Source of the DNA: Camelus dromedarius
Taxonomy: Eukaryota
Assembly: GCF_036321535.1 (NCBI RefSeq)
Contig: NC_087437.1
Location: 59,460,001-59,524,000 of the forward strand
Length of the DNA: 64,000 nt
Reading direction: 5' to 3'
A program made the translations under genes and the position numbers. The notes beneath the pieces were generated by a model. The model did not search any database and was not told the DNA's origin. It saw only the letters and a program-made list of their open reading frames with translations. The number at the start of each line of letters is the position of its first letter. Positions within the stretch are counted from its first letter, which is position 1. Shown here one piece after another: positions 1-9,730 of this stretch.

Positions 1-227
1 AAGCGTGATGTTTTTGAGGTCTTCATGTTCACTTTTAAGGACCCTGGTGATTACATCAAGCCCGTCTGGATAATTCAGGAGATTCTCCCTTCTCAAGGTC
101 AGCTGTTTAGCAAACTTAATTCCATCTACAACTTCCCTTCCCCTTTGCCAGGTACTATAACATATTCACAGGTTCTTGGGATTAGGATATAAATGTATTT
201 CGGGGGGTCATAATTCTGCTGCTCATA
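1..227 (-). mobile_element. ERVL-MaLR LTR fragment (MLT1D/E-like), cut by the window edge
   Basis: Contains ataacatattcacaggttcttgggattaggatat...ggggggtcataattctgc, the reverse complement of the MLT1 5' end as I recall it. Confidence 0.75.
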
Positions 228-702
228 GGAGGGGTCAGAGTGTGTCAAGGCTTATACTCAGCGGTCCAGCTCCAGGAGCAGAGCACAGAGACTGTGGTAG
301 TGGTCCAGGGATGAGGGGGATGTGGTGCACAGGAATTGTGGACCTGATGCTCACCCACAAGGTCTTGGATGGGGAGGAGGGCAAGGGTAAGAGGCTAGGG
401 AGAAGTTGATAGTGTGAAAAATGAAGCGGGCTAGGGCAGGGCTCCTCTACCTTTACTATCTGGTCAATCATGGAGGAGTTTAGGCATGTAGACTCCCAGC
501 CCCCAACTCCAGAAATTCTGATTTAGGGGTGGGATTCCTTACTCTGTAAGGAATACTGATGCAGATCCTGGAGGTCTTGAGGAGGTTAAATAACTGATGT
601 GATAGGAGTCAGGAAAGAAGAGGGCTAGAAGGAGTCCTCAAATCCGCTGAAGGCATTCCCACCTTGGGACCTTCACATTGGCTGTGCCTTTTGCCTAGTG
701 CA

Positions 703-987
703 AAGCTGTCCATATGTATAGTCTGAAATGTTTTAGTAGCCACATTAAAGACAAGGAAACAGGCACAATTAATTTTAATAATATATTCTATTAACTTAAT
801 ACAGCCAAAATATTATCTTTCAATTTACCATAAAATTATTGAGATATTTTACATTTTTAAAATCTTACTAAGTCTTTAAAATCCGGAATGGATTTCATGC
901 TTGCATCACATCTCAATTTGGACCAAGTCCATTTCAAGTGCTCATTAGACACATGTGGCCAGTGACTAGCCTGTTGGCTGGCACAGG
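703..987. mobile_element. hAT-Charlie DNA transposon (MER33-like) inserted into an L2
   Basis: tagtagccacattaaa...aattaattttaataatatatt...catctcaatttggacc...catttcaagtgctc...cacatgtggccagtgact resembles MER33; L2-like sequence resumes on both sides. Confidence 0.75.
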
Positions 988-1290
988 CTGGAAAGCTCTC
1001 CTGTCATATCTTTGCCCGGCTGACTTCATCTCATCCAGGTTTCTGCCCGGAGATGCCTTCCCTCACTATGCTGTCTAAATTGGCTACTTTCCACTCCCAA
1101 CACTGCTTTCTTTTCTTTAGAGATTTATCACTGTCTGATTTTTATTAGTTATTTGTTTGCTTATTATCTGCCTCCCCATAGGATAGAAATCCCATGAGGG
1201 CAAAGACCTGTCTGTCTTCTTTGGTACAGGATCCCCAGCAACTGTATCACATCCACAGTAGACGCTCAACAAATATTTGGTGAATGACTT
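988..1290 (+). mobile_element. LINE-2 3' end
   Basis: Ends with ctgcctccc...ccatgagggcaaagacctgtctgtctt...cagtagacgctcaacaaatatttggtgaatga, typical of an L2 3' terminus. Confidence 0.75.
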
Positions 1291-1561
1291 TAAAGGTCCT
1301 GGATACATCATCTGTCATCTCTGAAGCCAGTGTTCATTCAATAGGATGTTGGGGGAAGGGGAGCCAAGGGGGAGGGGCATTATGCAAGAAATAAGTTAGG
1401 AGACAGCCAGTAAGAAAGCTGCCTGTGAGCTAAAAGGCTGACTCTCAGATGTTACATTAGACGCTGGGTTTCTTTCCAGCTGTGACCTGACTGTGTATGT
1501 AACTGCTGGCTTATCTGGTTGTACGAGAAACCATCTCACCAAGTGTCATTCCTTCCTGACA

Positions 1562-1575
1562 CCAGTAGATGGGGC
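1562..1575 (+). promoter_or_regulatory. Candidate CTCF site
   Basis: CCAGTAGATGGGGC matches 13 of 14 positions of the core CCASYAGRKGGCRS; motif evidence only. Confidence 0.35.
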
Positions 1576-2262
1576 AGTGTCATAAAAAACAACTGCAGTC
1601 AGTCTGCGGTCCCATGCAGTTTCTAAGCCCTTTCCAGCCGACTTTACTGAGGTCTATTCTGGAACTGCTCTGATCTCAGATCTGTGGTCTGGACTCATCA
1701 GTGGTGCTGCCGGCTTTCCCAGTTGACAGAATGCAGCCTCAGCTGCAACGTGTGCTTTCCAAGGGGGTGACCAGCTTCTCCACAAGGTGCGGTGGGCCCC
1801 AGAGGCTGGCCCAGACCCAGGACTCCAGGAGACAGCCTGGTACGCACCCCCCTCCCACCACCATTCTCATGTCTTTGAGTACAAGGACAGAGTGTAACTC
1901 CCACACTGGAGTGTTCACATTTGCTTAAACTCTTCTGTCTTCCTCAGGTTGAAAGAAGTCTTATTAAGAAGGTAGTCCAGGTATGGCAGAAACCAGTCCA
2001 CAGGAACAGCTCTGTGGGCCTGTGCATCTGGGGCTGACACTCTCGCTCCTCTGAAAAGCCTGGCCCACCAGTGGAGTCTTCCTTGCTGCTGTGGTCCACT
2101 AGTTTCCCTGTCACCTGTCACTGCATGAAGCCCAAGCACGTGCCTCTTGCAGAGGCTGAGACCAGCCCTAGCTCCCATCCCTGGTCCTTCCTCTTTCTTC
2201 CTCCCCAAACCCTTCTGACCCTTGGACCTCCAAGTAATTTGGAAATATTAACTGCTTGAACA

Positions 2263-2270
2263 TGACGTCA
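2263..2270. promoter_or_regulatory. Full palindromic CRE (TGACGTCA)
   Basis: Exact CREB/ATF site with its CpG intact in otherwise CpG-poor sequence, about 2 kb upstream of the inferred FAM43A start. Confidence 0.4.
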
Positions 2271-4200
2271 AATTTTGTAGAGTTTAGACTTTGAGATTAT
2301 GGACCAGCTAAAAGTCACAGCACAGGTTAATTTGATGTGATTTTTATTAGATTTTGTTTGTTTGTTTGGAGCATATGCCATCTACTGCATTGCCATTGCA
2401 AGATATTCCAGAAATGTGAGCAGAAGAAGAATTAACCTCAGTCTAAATGGCCTATTATAGTCCTAGTCAGCTCATTCCAATACAGTGTCTCCACTAACCC
2501 ATCAGCAGCTGAGGAGTAAGGTATTATAGCTCTGGTCTAATGGCACTCTGGGGCCAGCCAACCATCAAAAGGACATTCTTTCCTTCAGAGACTAGGAGAG
2601 GGGAAAGGTTGATCAGGAAACTTCCTTGTTTGATCAGGAAATTTTCTTATTTCATTGTTACAATCATTAAATGCCATCTTCAACTGCACATTTGCATCCA
2701 TTTTTATATTTTATAATCTTTCTCTTCTCTATATCTGGAAAGCCCCTTAATTCTTCCCTGCTTGGCAAAACCCTCTTCGTTCTACAAACATCACCACTTC
2801 TGTGGAAACTTCTCTGATTTTCTTAGTCACAAAGAACCTTTATTCCAGCTTCTCATAGTACTTTAGGTCTTTCTCAGGGCATTTAGCCACTCTGTCTTCT
2901 TGTTCACATCCATATTTCATACATTCATTCAACAATTAAGTAGTGCCCATTTGTATCAGGCCCTGGGGGATATAGGATGCTCTCATAGAATCTACATTCC
3001 AGTGGAAGCCCAGCATTGGGTGGAGTTTACATCCTTCATTGGAATGGGAGCTTCTGGGAGACAGGAATTGGGTCTGCTCCCAGCTTAGGGCCTGGTACCC
3101 AAAGGTACTCAGGAAAGTTAGTTAAATTGAAACTCAGCACCCATGACTCTGAGACTTTGATGCAGGGTCTCATCTGGACATATCACACATTCCAGCTTGA
3201 AGTGTTTTTGCTTTGACTGAGCAGACCACAGAGGCAAGCCAGTTATTCCAAGAGCCCAGAAATGAGTTAACAAGCCAAAGGTCAAGCTGGTCAGATGATT
3301 AAAGCAACATTGTCCAGCTGACACAAGAGAAGAGAATGATTAGTGCTAATCATTCCTGGTAGTGGGTGGCTGGGCATTATTTGACACAAATAAAAAAATG
3401 TCATTTGAATTTTTACTAGGAATTCTTATCCATAATGTGACAATGCTGTAATAAAATTGAATGACTGGCTTGCGAAGTAAACTGAGTTCTAACCACACAC
3501 AAGCATTACTTAGAAATTGTATACATCTCAGAAAACTGCTCTACCTTGAGACCTGACCCAAGAAGGGGACACTACTGGGGGTTCGGAGCTGGAAGCACCT
3601 TTTTAAAATCAACTATATACTACAGTGTTCCCTCCAATCGTCTTATTACCACTCATTTCTCTTTTCACTTCCTGCTCTTTACCTGTGGAGAAATGGCTCC
3701 AAGGTAGTGAAAGATAAGTCTCGGGGTGTGTTTGCTCTTCTTTATTTTCTTTAATAGAATAAAATTCTGAAAAAGAAAAAAAAAACAGCACCCAGTTATT
3801 CTCAGAAAGTTATCACACACGGAAAGAATCACTATTTCTCCAACCTTTTTGCATATTAAATTATAGTTTAAATCCCACCTTCCACCACCTCCCCCAGAAG
3901 TTTCGATAGAGACATACATTTATTCAGTGAGGTTGCAATTCAGCCTGGGGGTGGAGTATCAGAATTCAAGTGGCTTTTCCCGCGGGGTAACCCCAGGTCT
4001 TGGCGATTTCTGTAGATAAAAGAGATGCTGGTAAATATGGGATGTATTTGCCAGATTGAATCGGTCTCCTCTTTCCCTAGACCAGTGGCTGCAATCTGAT
4101 CTCTTTAAGAGACCAAGAATCCGTGGGGCGTCGGAGCCTGAAACGGATCCTCTTCTCCGCTCCTCCCCTATCCCCGCTCGGCGAATGGTTCGCGCCGGCC

Positions 4201-4208
4201 TATATTTA
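4201..4208 (+). promoter_or_regulatory. TATA-like box (TATATTTA); TSS inferred ~4230
   Basis: Isolated AT-rich motif in GC-rich context at the 5' edge of the island. The position fits my recollection that FAM43A has a long 5' UTR. Confidence 0.5.
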
Positions 4209-5160
4209 CCCGAGATCTTCCTCTCGGACAGCAAGGATGTGAGGCTGGCGAGGTGGCTACCGCTCGCGACACCGGAGGGGGCGCGCTGCAAAGGCGGGCA
4301 GCGGAGCGAGGGGATCGCGGGAGTGGAGTCGGACACCCTCCAGAGGGAAGAAATGAGGTAGCGACAGTCCCCGGAGCCGACCATGCGCGCGCCCGGCCCT
4401 CGGAGCCTCGCGTTGCCCTGGCCGAGCCAGCCTGGACCATGAACCGGCCAAGCCCGAGTCCCCGGTGTCCTGCCGGAGCGAAGATGCAGTGAGCCACGGC
4501 GGGACTGCTGCGCGGGGCCCGCCGCGGACAGCCGGACCCACCAACTGAGCGCACTTGGGGCAAGCAGCTGATTCTGGGACTCTTTCAGCCGAGGGGCTCT
4601 CTGCCTCCAGCACTCCTTGGAGGTGGGGAGCATTGGCCCCTGGGCACACTCGGCGGTTGAGTTTCCGCCGTTTGTGGCCCTATCCCCAGGGACTGTGTGA
4701 GTGTGAGAGGAGGGCCCTTTTCATCTTCGCCGAGGAGTTCCTGCGTATTCTCGCACCATCCCGGCTGCTTTTGCTGGGGCTCCCTCATTTATTTGCACGC
4801 GCTCATCTCTTTTTCTAAAGATATTTTCCTCTCCACTCTTGCGCTGTCTTTCTCATTTTGTTTGCCCTCGTCCTGCCCACGCTGGGGTAAATCTATGTGC
4901 GCCTTTTCTCCCACCTCCTACTCTAGCAGTTAAATATTTTCTTCTCTTTTAAAATTCTACCCCTACCTCTTTCGGCGGGGTTCCGGAGCACTATACACCC
5001 CTTACTCCCCCGCCCCTACTCCCTCCGACTGGGCCACTCCCAGCAGAGTTTTATTTTTCAGTCTTGCCCGGGCCGAGCCCGGCCAGGGCGGGTGGCTCAG
5101 CCGGGCTCGCACCCGGCCCTCGGCCGCCGCCTCCCAGCTGCGCGGGGGCGCCCTCCGGAG

Positions 5161-6441
5161 ATGCTGCCGTGGAAGAAGCACAAGTTCGAGCTGTTGGCCG
5201 AGGCGCCGCCACGGCAGGCGTCCAAGCCCAAGGGCTACGCGGTGAGCCTGCACTACTCCGCGCTCAGCTCGCTGGCGCGGGCGTGCCCCGAAGGCGCGCT
5301 CAGCCGGGTGGGCAGCATGTTCCGCTCGAAGCGCAAGAAGCTGCACATCACTAGTGAGGACCCCACTTACACTGTGCTCTACTTGGGCAATGCCACCACC
5401 ATCCAGGCGCGCGGCGACGGCTGCACCGACCTAGCGGTGGGCAAGATCTGGAGCAAGAGCGAGGCGGGCCGTCAGGGCACCAAGATGAAGCTGACTGTGA
5501 GTGCGCAGGGTATCCGCATGGTGCACGCCGAGGAGCGCGCGCTGCGCCGCCCGGGCCACCTCTACCTGCTGCACCGCGTTACCTACTGCGTGGCGGACGC
5601 GCGGCTGCCCAAGGTCTTCGCCTGGGTGTACCGGCACGAGCTCAAGCACAAGGCGGTAATGCTGCGGTGCCACGCGGTGCTGGTGTCCAAGCCCGAGAAG
5701 GCGCAGGCTATGGCCCTGCTGCTCTACCAGACGTCTGCCAATGCTCTAGCGGAGTTTAAACGGCTCAAGCGGCGGGACGACGCGCGTCACCAGCAGCAGG
5801 AGCTGGTGGGCGCGCACACCATCCCGCTAGTGCCGCTGCGCAAGCTGCTTCTGCACGGACCCTGCTGCTACAAGCCGCCGGTGGAGCGCAGCCGCAGCGC
5901 GCCCAAGCTCGGCTCCATCACCGAGGACCTGCTTGGCGAACAGCAGGAGCAGGAGCAGGAGCTGCAGGAGGAAGAGGAAGAGGAGCACACCGAGGGCTGC
6001 CCGGAGGAGGAGAAGGATCGAGCCAGAGAAGGAGTCACGGCTGAGCATGAGGCCGAGGAGGAGCAGCGGGCGCTGGTGGTGACCATGCACTTCGAATGCG
6101 GGGACTTGCTGGACACGCTGGAGGGTGGCCGCGAGGAGGCGCTGGGGGGCGGCGGGGTCTCCCATGGCCCTGAGGCTGGACCGCCGCCTCTGCTGCTGGG
6201 TAGCGCCTCCGACATGAAGGCCGAACTGTCGCAGCTTATTAACGATCTGGGAGAGCTCAGCTTCGGCAACGACGTGCGCAGCCTACAGGCCGACTTGCGG
6301 GTGACTCGCCTGCTGTCGGGCGAGAGTACCGGCAGCGAGAGCTCCATCGAAGGCGGGGGCCCGGACGCCACCACTGCCAGCGCTGGAGACCCGTCGGGCT
6401 CTAACGACTGCGCCAGCCTAGACGAGCTCCACTCGGGCTGA
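5161..6441 (+). CDS. FAM43A: Protein FAM43A (PTB/PID-like domain, acidic C-terminal tail), single coding exon, 426 aa
   Basis: ATG at 5161 gives MLPWKKHKFELLAEAPPRQASKPKGY...EDPTYTVLYLGNATTIQARGDGCTDLAVGKIW...VFAWVYRHELKHKAVMLRCHAVLV...DELHSG-stop (TGA 6439-6441). I recognise this as FAM43A; FAM43B begins MLPWRRNKF. The frame is intact with GC3-rich codons. Confidence 0.97.
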   Translation: MLPWKKHKFELLAEAPPRQASKPKGYAVSLHYSALSSLARACPEGALSRVGSMFRSKRKKLHITSEDPTYTVLYLGNATTIQARGDGCTDLAVGKIWSKSEAGRQGTKMKLTVSAQGIRMVHAEERALRRPGHLYLLHRVTYCVADARLPKVFAWVYRHELKHKAVMLRCHAVLVSKPEKAQAMALLLYQTSANALAEFKRLKRRDDARHQQQELVGAHTIPLVPLRKLLLHGPCCYKPPVERSRSAPKLGSITEDLLGEQQEQEQELQEEEEEEHTEGCPEEEKDRAREGVTAEHEAEEEQRALVVTMHFECGDLLDTLEGGREEALGGGGVSHGPEAGPPPLLLGSASDMKAELSQLINDLGELSFGNDVRSLQADLRVTRLLSGESTGSESSIEGGGPDATTASAGDPSGSNDCASLDELHSG

Positions 6442-7365
6442 GCTCCCACCAAAGTCCAGTGCGCGCCCCTAGCGCCCCAACGTGACCCCCACCCGTCTCT
6501 CCACCACCTCCTTACCGCCCTCATCCCCCAGGAAAGGGGAAATGGGACACTTGAGGCCCAGACACCCGCCTCCCCTCTCTATACATTTGGCTCTGTTTGA
6601 AGCGGGGCCCCGATTGCACGCGGAAATATGCGGAGATGTGCAGGGGCGGGGGAACCCTACAAAGAAGGGGAAAGAGGCAGCACTCTGGGGTCGGGGGAAG
6701 GGAAGGGCCGCTGGTGTTAGCAAAGCCCGGCAGGCGTGAGGTGCCTGCCGGCCAGTTTCCTGTTTGTGGAGCAGCTGGGGCCTGAGGAGGAGGGGTTAAC
6801 TTCCTCCCCGTCCCCCAGCTGGGAGCGGCCTAGCTCTGTCATTGACATGTCATTTAAAAAAAGAAATAAGAATTTGCTCTCACAATGTTTGAGGCTTTAA
6901 TGCCAACCTCCTAGCCCCCAATCTTTTTGGTGCAAGAGCTTGAGTTGTTTACCTCAGAATCAGACCCCTGAAATTCCTGCCAAATTCCTCAAATAACTGT
7001 TTAGGGGGGGAGGGGGAGAAAAAAGTTGCATTTTGTTTACAGTTAAAGACATCTATTATCTTAAAAAGGAGTTTTCTTTTAGAAACACACACACCTTCCT
7101 CCTGCTCAAAAGGTCTCACTCCATGATACTGTGTAAAATATTTTTGCACTGTTGTGAAGTATTTTTGACATTTTTTTGTACATAACTGTGTTCTCAGAGT
7201 TGAATGTTTATATCTTTTGCTGTGCAAAAGGGACATGTAAAATGCTGTTCAGTTGTATATACAGAAATGTGTATAAAACATTTTGTTATTTTTTAAGAGT
7301 AGCACTGCTCTGGTTCTGTTTGCACGCCAGTGGGGAGAGAATAAAGAGGAAAATTGAACAGAACA
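6442..7365 (+). other. FAM43A: FAM43A 3' UTR (end inferred)
   Basis: GC-rich proximal part, then an AU-rich distal block (6840-7330) with Pumilio and miRNA seed matches, ending at AATAAA. Confidence 0.7.
7340..7345 (+). terminator. Polyadenylation signal AATAAA of FAM43A
   Basis: Canonical AATAAA after the stop codon, preceded by several TGTA (CFIm) motifs and followed by G/T-rich sequence. Confidence 0.75.
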
Positions 7366-9679
7366 GGTGAGCGTCTAGAACTGCGTCAGAAAATGCTTGG
7401 CTGTGGGGGCGCTGGGGGAGAGGGTGTGAGCATGGCTGGGATGGTGTGGGAGGACAGGCTCTGGCCTTTGCGGAGGTGATGAGCGAAGGGGGACTCACTT
7501 TATGCATAGTCTGGGGCCTTTCTGGTCGTTTGCAACTCTGGGTCCTCAGCTGGGCCCGTATTCTTCACTTTTTCAGTTGTGTGAGTGTGGGCTTTTTCTG
7601 GCCTCTTTGAGTTAATTCTTGGAGATGCCGGGTGAGTTCTGTGCCTCATTCCCAGACTTGTGAGGTTACTTAAGGAGGGGTGACTTTCAAGGGCTTCTGA
7701 GGTTTTACCACCTCTTTCTGTGGTTCACTTTTTCCTTCACAAACAGCTCAAGGAGCTTTAAAGACGAACTTGAGACCTAAAGGAAGTTCCTGTGGGGCTC
7801 TCTGAGGAGTGAGATGATCTCTGTTTCTACTGGGAGGAAAATCAAGGAGAGAGGAAAGTCAGAAGTTCCGGTCGTGTCTCGATGCAGGTGGGGTGGGGGT
7901 GGGGGGTGCGGGTGAAAGAGTCCATTTCCTTTCCTTCTATAAGCCAGCATGACCCAGTGGGAGCGTGGTGTGGCGGTCAAGGCGGAGAAAGTCTGTTAGA
8001 GCTTGGTCTGTGTGTGTGTCTTAGGGTTTTCAGGCTTTCTGTGTGTTTGTTTCTGTTGTAAACTCCAAACAGATGTCTTTAGTTAGACTCCACCCGATCA
8101 GCTGGAAGCTGTAATAAGATGCTGCCAAAACTGTGCCTTCTGCAAATGATTTTTTTCCCTTTGCCCTTATGGGCCCCTTTTCCAGTGTTGTAGAAATGGA
8201 TCGCGCTCCTGGCCTTCCCTGGTGTCCTGAGGCTTGGCTTTGTTTTCATCATAAATATGTTCTGAGCAGCTAGACCCAGAGATCCTAAGGAGTCTGGAAT
8301 TCACTGGAACCATAGAGGAAGTGGGGCGGGGGCAAGCTGGGGTGGGGAGAGAGATTTTCTTCCTAATTAACAGAAGTAGTTCAGGCAAAAGATAATCTTT
8401 AAAAAGCAAAGGGTGGGTAGGTGGGAAATTAAAAAATATTCGGAGTCACTTCTTAAGGGGATGAGCACAAGGTGCATCTCATATTTATCTTGTATTATAT
8501 TTTGATTTGGTTGAGGGTCCCTGTCTCTTTCCTTGAATACCGTAGATACACATTACTGAATGACATTTTCAAACCCCCAGGTAGAGAGAGGACAGGAAGG
8601 TTGACTGTGTGGGCAGTCACTATTTTACATGATTAGATTCCACATTTCAAATTGTTTCTACGCCCCGCCAAGTTCCTCTGTTGCTTGAAATTGATGAGAA
8701 TGTGAAACAGGGTGAAGATTATTTGACTTCTACCTGGGGGTGAGGCAGGGTCTGCAGGTCTTCCTTCTTAATCCAACCGATGTGTCCAGTGAGAATGCCG
8801 GTGGCTTTCTTCTGTGGCTGATGGGGGCATGGTGATTGATCAGAAAGTTCAGACAAATGACATTTAAACCAACACCATCATTAAATATAAGGCAATTGTC
8901 TCTTTAAAGCCTGATTTTTCCTGTTATGTGGTTGATCAATAGGGAAGGGGGTTTAGGGGTTAAGAAAGAAGGAGAAAATAAGACTGCAAAAGAACTAGCT
9001 GCCTCTTTCCCTCCCCCCTGCTGCCCGCCCCGCCCCTCCTACCTCCCCGCAGCTTTTTGGCTTTTATCCCCACCGCACCCCAGGGCTCTGGCTGATGTAA
9101 CTCTAGAAGAGAGGTGAAGGTGATACATGATTCACCTCTTCTTACATCTCAGTCTTCCAGGGATGATATCACTAGTGTAAGGAGAGATGTTTTGAATGAA
9201 AAAAAAAATCCCAAAGCTAATTTACTCCTAACAGTCAGAGGGAAAAGAGTATGTGACAAACGCATAACGAAGTAGATGAAATACACATTCCAGAAAGCAC
9301 TGAGGTCTGCTTTACTCATCAAACTCCGCTTTTCCGTCTTGCAGGGTGAGGCTCGTGTTTCTCCTTTACAACCGGATGGTACTTTAAATGCAGTGAGACC
9401 CTTGCCACACTCCTCCCCAGCCTAAGTTGTCCCCTGTGTCCAACAACGCAGCACTGACTGCACGAAGAAACAAGTGACTTCCGGCGGCAAGAGAGATGGT
9501 TGCAGAGGTTGGCTGCCTGCGTCCACAGAGATAGTCCTCAACCTCTCCCGGCACAAACATCACATGTTCATTTGTACAATTTGTTGTGTGTGTTGCGGGA
9601 GAAGGAGGGAGGAGTAGGGTGGTGTAAAATAAACAATAGTATTATGTTCCCCCTCAACTATTAGTATCAGAGAACCCCT

Positions 9680-9684
<5 letters not shown>

Positions 9685-9728
<44 letters not shown>
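9685..9728. repeat. (AC)22 microsatellite
   Basis: Perfect dinucleotide run. Confidence 0.95.

Positions 9729-9730
<2 letters not shown>

Larger units (their letters stand above)
4100..6500. promoter_or_regulatory. CpG island covering the FAM43A promoter, leader and CDS
   Basis: Very high GC and CpG density from ~4100 to ~6500, interrupted by a pyrimidine-rich stretch at ~4700-5060. Confidence 0.9.

Noticed and set aside
5092..5160. 449-aa ORF-track version of FAM43A starting at 5092
   Set aside because: Position 5092 is GTG with C at -3; the recognised N-terminus MLPWKKHKF starts at ATG 5161. A minor near-cognate extension cannot be excluded but has no support.
5161..6441. Calling the gene FAM43B
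   Set aside because: The N-terminus, length and C-terminal tail match FAM43A; FAM43B is shorter and begins MLPWRRNKF. I also saw no CDA exons downstream.
3959..6524. Long antisense and alternative-frame ORFs (224, 131, 130, 114 and 218 aa)
   Set aside because: Expected by-products of a GC-rich, stop-poor CpG island and of the shadow of a real CDS; no recognisable domains.
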